Shown here: one piece after another, positions 1 through 8,248 of the stretch | Layout: each line of letters begins with the position of its first letter | Position numbering within the stretch: position 1 is the stretch's first letter | Virus record (IMG/VR): IMGVR_UViG_3300042559_001930 | Source: an uncultured virus (IMG/VR IMGVR_UViG_3300042559_001930) | Taxonomy: Duplodnaviria > Heunggongvirae > Uroviricota > Caudoviricetes | Reading direction: 5' to 3' (one strand) | Length of the DNA stretch: 64,000 nucleotides | Translations under genes and position numbers: made by a program | Notes under the pieces: model-generated | What the model saw: the letters and a program-made list of their open reading frames with translations, nothing else | What the model was told of the DNA's origin: nothing | Databases searched by the model: none

Positions 1-498
1 GTTCCTCAGCCCCAGGACAAACCCAAAGCTCCTGCCAAGTCCAAGGCTGGTGGTGATGTAGGTGCATTCATCCAGCAATGCATCTCTCTGTGTGCTTACC
101 TCAAGGAGCTGGAGACACAGTCACATCTTATCCACCTGAACTACGAGGGCGGTAACTTCCTTGGCGTCCACGCATTCCTGAAAGATCAATATGAAACGCA
201 CCTTGAACAGTTTGATACCCTTGCTGAGTTTATTCGCAGCATGGATTATTTACTTCCTATGTGTGGTAGTGGGCTTAAAGATGCAGCTCCTCCTATCCAA
301 ACTGTAACTTCCTACAAGGGCACTGACATGCTTGGTGTGTACTACAAGAACCTTGAGGAGCTTGGCATGAAAGCCAAGAAGCTTGAGCCTATTGCCGCCA
401 AGGTAGGGGCCATTGATATTCAAAACTATATGGCTGAGCTGTGTGGTCAAGCTTTTAAGGCTGCTTGGTTTGTTAAAGCTACATTGCGGAACGGTTAA
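1..498 (+). CDS. dps: Dps/ferritin-like DNA-binding protein (5'-truncated by window edge)
   Basis: Frame open from base 1; HLIHLNYEGGNFLGVHAFLKDQYETHLEQFDTLAEFIR matches the Dps ferroxidase signature HWNxxGxxFxxxH...DxxAE. Confidence 0.85.
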   Translation, partial: VPQPQDKPKAPAKSKAGGDVGAFIQQCISLCAYLKELETQSHLIHLNYEGGNFLGVHAFLKDQYETHLEQFDTLAEFIRSMDYLLPMCGSGLKDAAPPIQTVTSYKGTDMLGVYYKNLEELGMKAKKLEPIAAKVGAIDIQNYMAELCGQAFKAAWFVKATLRNG

Positions 499-2570
499 TG
501 GCTGATAAAAAATTAACAGAAGAACAGAAACAGGCACTACAAACACTTGGCGGCGTAGGTGCTTTTGGTTTGGCTGCGCCTGCTGGAGCCTTTCTCCCTT
601 TCCAAAACCTGCTTGAAGACACGGCAAAAATTAAACAACAAGAAGCGCAACGGATGTTTCCCGGTGCTGGCCCAGGTTTGTTTGATACTTCTCGTGGTGG
701 AGTGCTTGCAAATAAAACACTTGTTCCTATTATTCCCTTAAGCCAAAGTATTGCAACCAGTCGCGTATTTGATAAAAACATTAAAAACGAAAATCTATAT
801 CAAACTGAAAAGTTTTATCCGGAGTATTTAACTTCAAAACCAGGTGTACCTAGTTCAGAGCTAGGCTCTTACCAACAGGCTGTTGCAAACAAAACAATCT
901 TCCCCGAGGGTGATATACAAGCCCTCACAGTTACACCTGGTCCAAACTCTGCGCGTTTTGCACAAGATTATGCAGAAATCTTGGGAGATAAGCTAGGCAA
1001 AACAATCAATCAATTTGAAAGCTCAGAAGGATGGAACGCTGAAACAGCTAGACTTGGACGTAAAATAGATACATTATCTGCAAAAATACCAGGGCAAACT
1101 GCTGGTTATATTTGGGGAAACACAGGCGCGCCACAATATACTTATGCAGAAGGCAACTGGGGGCAAGGGCAAAGACTGGCCGGGACTAATCCTTCAATCT
1201 ATGTGTCCCGCATTAATGCAGATCCTTCTAAAGAAGCAGAGTATTTATATACAGGAAGTATTAAAATAGATAACCCGGCTGACACTGAAAAAGATTATTT
1301 AACAGTAGACCCAAGGGCGCGGTTTAAACAATATGAAGAGTTGGGACCTGGCACCGGTCCTTCTTGGGGTCTTAGAAGTAGCGGAGATATGCATTTTAGA
1401 AAAGACTTGATTGGCGCAAGAGGAGAACTGACTACTGGCGATTTGCAAGCGTTACTTGCGGAACGTGGTTTGCCTTTTGTCTATCAAAGCAAGAAAGAAA
1501 CACCTACAAAAGAAAGGTTTAGTTCAAATAAAAAACCAGGAGACATTCTACAAGAAAACTTAGAGGCACTTGCAAAAGCGGAAAACATAACAACGTCTCA
1601 AGCAATTGAACGTTTTGCGCGTCTTGTTCCAAATGTTGGAGAGCCTTCTACGCCTCCGACCGAAGCCATTGCAGGAAAAGTAAGTCGATTCCCTGCACAA
1701 GGACAAGGCATAAGCCCATCTGGTTCTTTTGCAAGTAAAACGGACTTGCGTCAGTTAGGTATTTTACCTCCTTCTGATAAAGCAAGTTACTCACCTTTTA
1801 AAGTAGACGAGTTTGATAAACTATTTAAATATGTATATCCTCGCTATAACGCAAGTAATATTCAAGAACTTGACACGTATTCAACACCAGTAGATCCTTT
1901 GGATCCTTTTGGAAAATCACAAGAAGGTGTAAGTAAACTCATTATTAATAGAGATAAATTGCGGCCACAAGCCGCAAACAAACTATTAGATAAAAGAGTT
2001 GCAAATTTAGTTGAACAATCAAAACCAATTCAAGGGTTAGGTTTAGGTGGCTTAGCTGCAGGTGCTATTGGAACCGCTATGGACCCTGCGGTAATTGACG
2101 CTTTAGCTCGTGGTGATTACCAGCAAGCAGGAACTACTGCTGCGGTTAACACAGCAGTTGGTTCTGCTGTTGGTGGAGGTACCGCTAAAGCATTGCAAGG
2201 TTTACGCGCGGCTGGATACGCCAGGCCTGCAGCTATTGTTGGTGGCGGACTACCTGTTGCTGCTGGAGCTCTTGCTGGACTTGGTATTATTGAAACCAGT
2301 GAGGCCTTGAACCGTGCATATAAAGGTCAAACAGGAAAGGATTGGATTACTCGTAACCAGCCCGCCAGTCCTAATTCAACTTATACAGGGCCTACACCAA
2401 CTATTCAACCACGCATGGGAACGGCTATTCTCAACGGTAAGCCTGTTCAAGTACCCTATGGATCAGTGGCTGGTACTCGTACTGTAGGTCGCCCTTGGTG
2501 GGATAAAGCTGGATCTGGTTTCCAAAACTTACTAAACCGTTTCAACGCTGGCAGTATTATTGGACGTTAA
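498..2570 (+). CDS. Hypothetical 690-aa protein with Gly/Ala-rich hydrophobic segments, possibly a virion protein
   Basis: Long ORF coupled to the dps stop (TAATG); hydrophobic N- and C-terminal stretches. Confidence 0.7.
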   Translation: MADKKLTEEQKQALQTLGGVGAFGLAAPAGAFLPFQNLLEDTAKIKQQEAQRMFPGAGPGLFDTSRGGVLANKTLVPIIPLSQSIATSRVFDKNIKNENLYQTEKFYPEYLTSKPGVPSSELGSYQQAVANKTIFPEGDIQALTVTPGPNSARFAQDYAEILGDKLGKTINQFESSEGWNAETARLGRKIDTLSAKIPGQTAGYIWGNTGAPQYTYAEGNWGQGQRLAGTNPSIYVSRINADPSKEAEYLYTGSIKIDNPADTEKDYLTVDPRARFKQYEELGPGTGPSWGLRSSGDMHFRKDLIGARGELTTGDLQALLAERGLPFVYQSKKETPTKERFSSNKKPGDILQENLEALAKAENITTSQAIERFARLVPNVGEPSTPPTEAIAGKVSRFPAQGQGISPSGSFASKTDLRQLGILPPSDKASYSPFKVDEFDKLFKYVYPRYNASNIQELDTYSTPVDPLDPFGKSQEGVSKLIINRDKLRPQAANKLLDKRVANLVEQSKPIQGLGLGGLAAGAIGTAMDPAVIDALARGDYQQAGTTAAVNTAVGSAVGGGTAKALQGLRAAGYARPAAIVGGGLPVAAGALAGLGIIETSEALNRAYKGQTGKDWITRNQPASPNSTYTGPTPTIQPRMGTAILNGKPVQVPYGSVAGTRTVGRPWWDKAGSGFQNLLNRFNAGSIIGR

Positions 2571-2818
2571 TTAACCCAGTGTTCTAACCTATGGCAGTTG
2601 CAGCATAGAGGAATACATTTCTTTATTTCCTCTTCGATGCGGCGCCAGCCGTATCCGTGATTAACCATATTTGATATGTTATGGTCCTTATCACCAACGT
2701 GGTGGAACTCAAGGACACGATGATCATTCAACCCACAGTGCTGGCAATTTAAAGTCTTCTTGTACTCAAGAAACTTTTGCCGATTGCGCTGGAGTTTTTC
2801 TTTGGAAGTTGGCACCAA
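2567..2818 (-). CDS. Small HNH endonuclease
   Basis: CQHC...LEFHH...CIPLCCNCHRLEH. Confidence 0.8.
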   Translation of the reverse strand: MVPTSKEKLQRNRQKFLEYKKTLNCQHCGLNDHRVLEFHHVGDKDHNISNMVNHGYGWRRIEEEIKKCIPLCCNCHRLEHWVN

Positions 2819-2830
2819 AGCCAGGTACTA

Positions 2831-3487
2831 CTATTCCAAAACTAACTGTAAATCCTGTTCACCTGTGGCTGTTGTCTCGTATATAAAATGGTTGGACGTC
2901 TCAATCATCCGTGAGTTCTCTACGCTGTACTCAGTCAAGTCAATCTCGTAGCCAGGGTTTTTTTCAATACGGTTCTTAAGCCAGGCGTCGTCGTACCAAA
3001 TGACTCGGTTATTGGGATATGCATAGAAGTTGCCATCATCCATCCGGAAGAAATGCGCACACTTGTGCTCAGGTGTTTCGCTGAAGTTTGTATTAAGAGT
3101 TGATTTAGATTCCCATGACCAGTCAAGGGTGAACATGTAGATGCCGCCTTTCTTCTCCCCTTTGAAGTTGATCAGCTGCGCACGTAAATTTGAGAGGCGT
3201 GACCTAACCTGCACATCGATATACGGAGAGAAACAATCCCACCACATGCACTCATTTAATTCGGGCTTAGGGGCACCTGGCTTCCAGCAGAGAGCGTGGA
3301 TTGGACGCCTTGTCCAGTTGACACCATTCTCCAGGAAGACTTCAAATAAAGGGACGCGCTTCTCCAGAGAGGCCACTGAGTGGACATCGCACAACGTCAC
3401 CTCGCCATGGCCTTGTTTGTGGTTGTATAGGAACTCGTTTCGGATGTAACACGTAAACGTAGGCAGGTTGTGATTGAGGTAACTCAT
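2831..3487 (-). CDS. Phage hypothetical protein (218 aa)
   Basis: Clean ORF; Trp/Cys/His-rich with PEHKCAHF and GNFYAYPNNR motifs. Confidence 0.75.
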   Translation of the reverse strand: MSYLNHNLPTFTCYIRNEFLYNHKQGHGEVTLCDVHSVASLEKRVPLFEVFLENGVNWTRRPIHALCWKPGAPKPELNECMWWDCFSPYIDVQVRSRLSNLRAQLINFKGEKKGGIYMFTLDWSWESKSTLNTNFSETPEHKCAHFFRMDDGNFYAYPNNRVIWYDDAWLKNRIEKNPGYEIDLTEYSVENSRMIETSNHFIYETTATGEQDLQLVLE

Positions 3488-3516
3488 TTGATTTGCTTGA
3501 GTCTGCTCACTCTAAA

Positions 3517-3591
3517 GCACCTGGGTAGGATTCGAACCTACATCGCCCTGCAGCGCAGCAGCCGTACTATCCAATTGTCTCGGACCAGGCG
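3517..3591 (-). tRNA. Degenerate tRNA-like element (Arg-like D loop, non-canonical anticodon arm)
   Basis: Acceptor CGCCTGG/CCAGGTG, T arm GTAGG-TTCGAAT-CCTAC, D loop AATTGGATA; anticodon arm CTGC-TGCGCT-GCAG has a 6-nt loop; no encoded CCA. Confidence 0.6.
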
Positions 3592-3592
3592 A

Positions 3593-3663
3593 GCAACCGC
3601 GTTGGAATCGAACCAACTATCTAACTCCCTTGTCGGGGTGTCCTGCCACTGGACTACCGGTTG
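3593..3663 (-). tRNA. Degenerate tRNA-like element (no assignable anticodon)
   Basis: Acceptor CAACCG/CGGTTG, D arm GTCC-AGTGGCA-GGAC, T arm GTTGG-TTCGATT-CCAAC; weak anticodon arm CCC-CGACAA-GGG. Confidence 0.6.
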
Positions 3664-3910
3664 AGTGACCCCTCGGTTTGTGCGTCATTGATAACTGAGT
3701 GAGGATGCCTGCAAGCCCGTGCGCCCGGTGTAAAGCCGTCCTCGTTATCAAGCTAGGCATGAGGGGTGTTGTACGCAAACGCAACGACTGGAAATTTCCG
3801 GTCCATGCGCTGCGCCATACCAACAAAGCAGTATGGGTTGTGTGATGGACCAGGTGTGTCGCCTTCTAGGCTATGTGCCTAACGCGCACAGGGACCTGGC
3901 CTCTATCACT
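3664..3910 (-). ncRNA. Highly structured non-coding RNA (~245 nt) with crossing helices
   Basis: Multiple 5-8 bp complementary segment pairs including pseudoknots; lies directly downstream of an extended -10 box; no credible ORF. Confidence 0.6.
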
Positions 3911-3914
3911 CAGA

Positions 3915-3923
3915 ATTATAACA
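3915..3923 (-). promoter_or_regulatory. Extended -10 promoter TGTTATAAT upstream of the ncRNA/tRNA-like cluster
   Basis: Perfect TGnTATAAT about 6 nt before the first helix. Confidence 0.6.
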
Positions 3924-3951
3924 AAAAAATCTCGGTTGCTCAAGCCGAGAT
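3923..3951 (-). terminator. Intrinsic terminator
   Basis: ATCTCGG-CTTGAGCAA-CCGAGAT followed by a T run. Confidence 0.7.
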
Positions 3952-4006
3952 CTGAGACTAACTACTTACCGCCAATACCTACGGGACGAGACGTGTGTAT
4001 TGAGCA
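3923..4006 (-). ncRNA. Candidate ~80-nt small RNA or attenuator
   Basis: TATACT at 4012-4017, hairpin CAATAC/GTATTG, ends in a terminator, no ORF. Confidence 0.4.
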
Positions 4007-4027
4007 CTGAAAGTATAGCGCGATACC

Positions 4028-4222
4028 TTATTTCTTTTTGGCAGCGTCCGCTTTTTTCTTGGCGATCATCTCTTTAAACTTTTCGCGGGCTTCCGCTTGC
4101 TTATCAGTTGCGCCACCTTTGCCTTTGACAGGGGGAGCAGGCTTGCCTTTCACGGGAGGAGCGGCTTTACCTTTTGCGGGAGGCACAGCTTTCTTGGGGG
4201 GAATAGCTTTTTTCTTTTCCAT
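4028..4222 (-). CDS. Small Lys/Pro/Ala-rich basic protein (histone H1-like composition)
   Basis: PPKK/PPAKGK/PPVKGK repeats. Confidence 0.7.
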   Translation of the reverse strand: MEKKKAIPPKKAVPPAKGKAAPPVKGKPAPPVKGKGGATDKQAEAREKFKEMIAKKKADAAKKK

Positions 4223-4255
4223 GATGATCACGAATCTTTATTAAGTATACGTGAG

Positions 4256-4462
4256 TTATTTATCTTTATAACGTTTGGATGCACGGGCTGCTTTACCAGC
4301 TTTCTTTGCTGTTTCAGTGTTGGGTACAAATTGTTTTCCTTCTCTACTGCCAGCGCGTTTCTTACGGTCAGTCTCCTCACGTTCTTCTTTAGACAATGAG
4401 GCCCATGCTTTCTCTGGCAGGTAACGCTTGGTATATCCAGATTGAATTGCTTTGTCAGCCAT
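4256..4462 (-). CDS. Basic protein, C-terminal half of a DUF5872-like family
   Basis: RYLPEKAW...ETDRKKRAGSREGKQFV motif. Confidence 0.65.
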   Translation of the reverse strand: MADKAIQSGYTKRYLPEKAWASLSKEEREETDRKKRAGSREGKQFVPNTETAKKAGKAARASKRYKDK

Positions 4463-4736
4463 CTTTATATCTCTTGGCTGCAGCTTTAGCCTTACCGCGT
4501 TTCTCGTACTCGTCTTTGGTCTGCCATTTTTCTTTGCCCCATTTCTCTAAAGATTTTTGGCTATCACCTTTACCGCCCTTGTACCCACCACCTGCATCTT
4601 CATACTTCTGAGCAACAAGCTGAGCCTTGCGTGCACTCCATTGGCCCGGCTTACCACCTTTAGATCCAGCCATTACACGATCTTTAATACTCTCGCGCAA
4701 TTCCGGCTTGGAGTATTTGCTATCATCTTGTGCCAT
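4455..4736 (-). CDS. Basic protein, N-terminal half of a DUF5872-like family
   Basis: KGGKPGQWSARKAQL...GGGY...W..EKWQTK motif. Confidence 0.7.
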   Translation of the reverse strand: MAQDDSKYSKPELRESIKDRVMAGSKGGKPGQWSARKAQLVAQKYEDAGGGYKGGKGDSQKSLEKWGKEKWQTKDEYEKRGKAKAAAKRYKDG

Positions 4737-4914
4737 CAGAGGCTTTACTATTTCTTTCTTTTATTAGTTTAAGCCACTTACATGGTTTTGCATTAACAGC
4801 CCAATTGCTTGGAGGCTGGGGCATTACACTTTCCAGCTTCCAAAAGTAATCGGCAAGTCGATCTTCCTCTGAGTATTTAGCCAAAGGAAGTAGGAATGTC
4901 TTTGGGTTTACCAA
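4723..4914 (-). CDS. Hypothetical protein
   Basis: ORF overlaps both neighbours like an operon member. Confidence 0.45.
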   Translation of the reverse strand: MVNPKTFLLPLAKYSEEDRLADYFWKLESVMPQPPSNWAVNAKPCKWLKLIKERNSKASDGTR

Positions 4915-5083
4915 ATTTATCCATCAGCTCTTCCATTTGCTCCAGGGAGTCTAAGCGAATGAGAATTTCAGTCAAGCTGCTGATTACAACAGGATGTTCC
5001 GTGCGTGCAGCAAAGGCTAATGCCTCTCGCAAATTAACGGATGCATCATCAATAGCTTGCTTAACTTGATTAGATAAAGCCAT
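4877..5083 (-). CDS. Small helical hypothetical protein
   Basis: MALSNQVKQAIDDA...LREALAFAARTEHP; TATACT about 20 nt upstream. Confidence 0.65.
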   Translation of the reverse strand: MALSNQVKQAIDDASVNLREALAFAARTEHPVVISSLTEILIRLDSLEQMEELMDKFGKPKDIPTSFG

Positions 5084-5140
5084 TTGGGATTCGGTTGGTG
5101 CTTTAAGTATAAAGGTAATGGGCATTGGCTTTTAAATAAA

Positions 5141-6397
5141 CTACATAACAAAAGCAGAGCTGTATCCATCGAGACCAATAGGGGCAGTTGCCATGAAGTC
5201 TTGAAGGATTTTCTTAATGTAATTCAAGTCGCTATCAATCAAGGTAGGGGAAGTACCAAGGAAAAATACGCGTTTCAGTACTTCGTATGCATTTGGATAA
5301 TCTTTGGGATTGCCAAGATGCTTGTAAGCTGGATGCAGTAGTAGATTACCAGCAAAATAATTGCGCGTTTGAATACCATTCTTTTCGAGATACTGCTGAA
5401 GTGCATGCTTCACTTTAGGATTGTCACATACAATTGGCACACCAAACCATGACGTTTCAGCTTGTGGCTTTTCGTCAATCACACGTACTTCAGAAGGGAA
5501 GCCTTCAAAACATTCTTTGATAAAAGAATAATTATCACGACGTAAGTCGTGGATTTCATCAAACTTGCGTAATTGAACTTGACCAACTGCACCTTGCAGA
5601 TCCAAAGGCTTTAGGTTGTAACCAATCTGGCTGAACACATACTTGTGGTCGACCACGCAATCGTAATCCTCGAGCCACTTATCAAACCGCTTGTTGCAAC
5701 TGCCGTTGGCAAGCATGTTGCAAGCACCAACGCAATAGCAGTCGCGTCCCCACCAGGCAAACTGGCGAGCTAAACGAATGAGCTCTGGATTACCAGAAGA
5801 CACCATGCCACCTTCAAGGGTAGTGATGTGGTGTGCAGGATAAAAAGAACAAGATGCAGCTACTGCATACTCTGTTAGGTACAGATCATTCCAGCGGGAA
5901 CCTAGTGAATCGCAGTTATCAGCAATGAGCTTGACTTGACGGCGTTCACAAATATCGACCAGACGATCCATGTCATAGCTGTTCCCCAAAACAGGACTAC
6001 TAAATACAGCCACCGTTTTGTCTGTGATTGCATCTTCAACCTCATCAAGGTCCCAGTTTAGATCACTCCAGGTGATGTCGACAAACTTGGGGGTCAGTCC
6101 ATTTTGAATGATGGGGTTGACAGTAGTGGGGAAGCCAACAACACTGACAATAATTTCAGCGCCATCAGGCCATTCATAGTACGCCTTAAGGGCAGCAACC
6201 ATGACAAGGTTAGCGGAACTACCGCTGTTGACCATCAAAGATTCTTTGAAGTTGAATCGTTTTGAAAACTGACGTTCAAACTTTTCAACCTCTTTACCGG
6301 CTGGGTACCAGACACCTTTCTCAAGCGTCTTGATAGCAGCCTCTACTTCTGCTCCATCAAAGTAGGGTCCGGAGTACAGAACTTTCGATTTAGACAT
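5141..6397 (-). CDS. rfbH: DegT/DnrJ-family PMP enzyme, CDP-4-keto-6-deoxyglucose 3-dehydrase (E1) type
   Basis: NSGSSAN, DNCDSLG, SFYPAHHITTLEGG (His at the usual Schiff-base Lys position), Cys cluster RDCYC..C......C, GYNLKP, TRNYFAGN. Confidence 0.85.
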   Translation of the reverse strand: MSKSKVLYSGPYFDGAEVEAAIKTLEKGVWYPAGKEVEKFERQFSKRFNFKESLMVNSGSSANLVMVAALKAYYEWPDGAEIIVSVVGFPTTVNPIIQNGLTPKFVDITWSDLNWDLDEVEDAITDKTVAVFSSPVLGNSYDMDRLVDICERRQVKLIADNCDSLGSRWNDLYLTEYAVAASCSFYPAHHITTLEGGMVSSGNPELIRLARQFAWWGRDCYCVGACNMLANGSCNKRFDKWLEDYDCVVDHKYVFSQIGYNLKPLDLQGAVGQVQLRKFDEIHDLRRDNYSFIKECFEGFPSEVRVIDEKPQAETSWFGVPIVCDNPKVKHALQQYLEKNGIQTRNYFAGNLLLHPAYKHLGNPKDYPNAYEVLKRVFFLGTSPTLIDSDLNYIKKILQDFMATAPIGLDGYSSAFVM

Positions 6398-7188
6398 AAA
6401 TCTGTGATGCCTTGTTGGATGGCAATCTGTGGTTCAAATCCTAACCTAAAAAGACGGCCACAGTCCAAAGAAAATCTAATTGCTTGGTCATAGTCACAAG
6501 GAACATTGGAACGAAGGACACACGCTTTGGATTTAAGTAAGTCTTTGGCTTGGTCCAGGCAATCGCCTAGGCGTGTTGCAATGCCTGTGCCAATGTTGTA
6601 CGTGGAGTTAAGGATGCCTTGCCTGCAGATCAAGTCAATGGCACGACAGGTATCCAAGATATGGATGTAGTCGCGAGATAAATTGATGTAAACATTAATA
6701 TCCCGGTCCCACTTCAGTTGCCTAATCAGGTAATGCAAAGCATGGCGCCTGTAATCACCGTAACCATCATGGCCATAAACATTGCCTAGACGCAGGATGC
6801 GGTAGTTGATTCCATGGGCAGTGCAGTATGTGCGGCAAAGCTTCTCTGCGGCATACTTGGTGACGGAATAAAACCCTTTGGGATCGCAGATGGCTTCTTC
6901 ATTGGGGCAGTTGTAACTAGAGCCGTAAACAAACCAACTGCTTACAAAGTTAAATGTCTTGATTCCAACACGACGGCATGCTTCCAGCCTGTGCAAAAGC
7001 TGCACAAGATTAGTATCTACGTCAACAAACGGATTTTCTTTGAACGTAGTGTTATCTGTTGTACTGATTAAGTACAGTACCTCGTCACCCAGGGGTTCAA
7101 GCTGGTTGCGTGGGATGTTATTGCAAGCGTACAAACCGTTGAAATAAGTGCCGATAATACCCGTCCCGCCGTAAAGACTCAAATCCAT
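6343..7188 (-). CDS. NAD-dependent epimerase/dehydratase (extended SDR)
   Basis: GGTGIIG, SSWFVYG, YSVTK (YxxxK), RLGNVYG, RDYIHILD. Confidence 0.85.
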   Translation of the reverse strand: MDLSLYGGTGIIGTYFNGLYACNNIPRNQLEPLGDEVLYLISTTDNTTFKENPFVDVDTNLVQLLHRLEACRRVGIKTFNFVSSWFVYGSSYNCPNEEAICDPKGFYSVTKYAAEKLCRTYCTAHGINYRILRLGNVYGHDGYGDYRRHALHYLIRQLKWDRDINVYINLSRDYIHILDTCRAIDLICRQGILNSTYNIGTGIATRLGDCLDQAKDLLKSKACVLRSNVPCDYDQAIRFSLDCGRLFRLGFEPQIAIQQGITDLCLNRKFCTPDPTLMEQK

Positions 7189-7925
7189 CGCTGTTGCTCG
7201 CTTCGTTTTGGATCATAGCTCCAGTGGGAGACTGGGGCTTTGCTGTTGAAAGGATGTTTGTATCGTTCGTTTCCAGGGAATCCTCCCCATTTTTCAAGGT
7301 AATACATTCCGTTGTTGTGGTATGTGACATTGTTTCGGTTTTTGAATTGCTCATTGCTGTGCAAGGTGCTGCTAACTTTGTGGTCAAAGGCCATCTGAAA
7401 GTAATCCCATGAGAGCCCAGTAAGTTCCATGCGATACCGATGATCATTGTCCTCGAAGTATGCGGGAAAAAAGTTTTCGTCCATTAGCCCAACCTTTTGA
7501 ATTAGTTGGGGCTTAAATACCATAGCCGAATATCCACTCATTGTTTCGTCGCATAGAAACTGAGTGAATGGTTTGGTAAGACGCTCTGCCAGTTTGGCTA
7601 GCTCACCTGGGCGTGGATGCCAATCCACCGAAAAGATGCACCAATATGAACAGTCGGTATTCTGACGAACAATTTGATTGACGCTACCAGAGAAACCGAC
7701 GTTCAAATTGTTTTGAAGTATTACAACTTCATCAATATGCTCAGGTTTGTCCTGTTTGATTTGTTCGATGGTGCCCCGCACTGCGGGGTACTTGCCCATA
7801 GAGTTATCAATGATGACATAACGTTTGAGGGGATGATCAATACTTGCAAAATGATTCCACAGATCATCGGCCCCGTTAAGGACCATGGTACCGATCATCT
7901 CAATGGGTGGTGCTTTGGACATCAC
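7179..7925 (-). CDS. Glycosyltransferase family 2-like protein
   Basis: IIDNS, NVGFSGSVN, VGLMDENFFPAYFEDND. Confidence 0.8.
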   Translation of the reverse strand: MMSKAPPIEMIGTMVLNGADDLWNHFASIDHPLKRYVIIDNSMGKYPAVRGTIEQIKQDKPEHIDEVVILQNNLNVGFSGSVNQIVRQNTDCSYWCIFSVDWHPRPGELAKLAERLTKPFTQFLCDETMSGYSAMVFKPQLIQKVGLMDENFFPAYFEDNDHRYRMELTGLSWDYFQMAFDHKVSSTLHSNEQFKNRNNVTYHNNGMYYLEKWGGFPGNERYKHPFNSKAPVSHWSYDPKRSEQQRWI

Positions 7926-8071
7926 AAGTCAACGCGTGTATAAATAATATCTTGATCTTTGAGCTTTTGCTCAACCTCGTCAGCTTCCGTAGTTTCTACG
8001 TCGATGACGGGAGCCTTGGCGACGTACTCAAACTCCTCTTCTAGGTAGAACCGGGTGAGGTTGCTGGTCAT
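7922..8071 (-). CDS. Small acidic hypothetical protein (49 aa, not in ORF track)
   Basis: MTSNLTRFYLEEEFEYV...; stop overlaps the GT2 start. Confidence 0.55.
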   Translation of the reverse strand: MTSNLTRFYLEEEFEYVAKAPVIDVETTEADEVEQKLKDQDIIYTRVDL

Positions 8072-8248
8072 CAGTGAGAGCCAAAGATGATGTAGATATC
8101 AACAATGGTTAGCACGAGGATTGCGCCAAGGACTGTGCCAATAGAGATTTCAAACCCTTTCATGGGGAATTACACGCAGAACTATTTGAAATCTACAGCC
8201 AAACGGTTGGCAAATGCGCTATCTTATAAACAATATACAAAACCGTTA

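Noticed and set aside
3470..3826. Short ORFs 3470-3664 (+) and 3617-3826 (-)
   Set aside because: They overlap tRNA-like and structured RNA elements and have no protein features
3517..3910. tmRNA, RNase P RNA or group I intron identity for the ncRNA locus
   Set aside because: I could not find a tag reading frame with an alanine acceptor end, the RNase P conserved segments or intron core motifs; left unassigned
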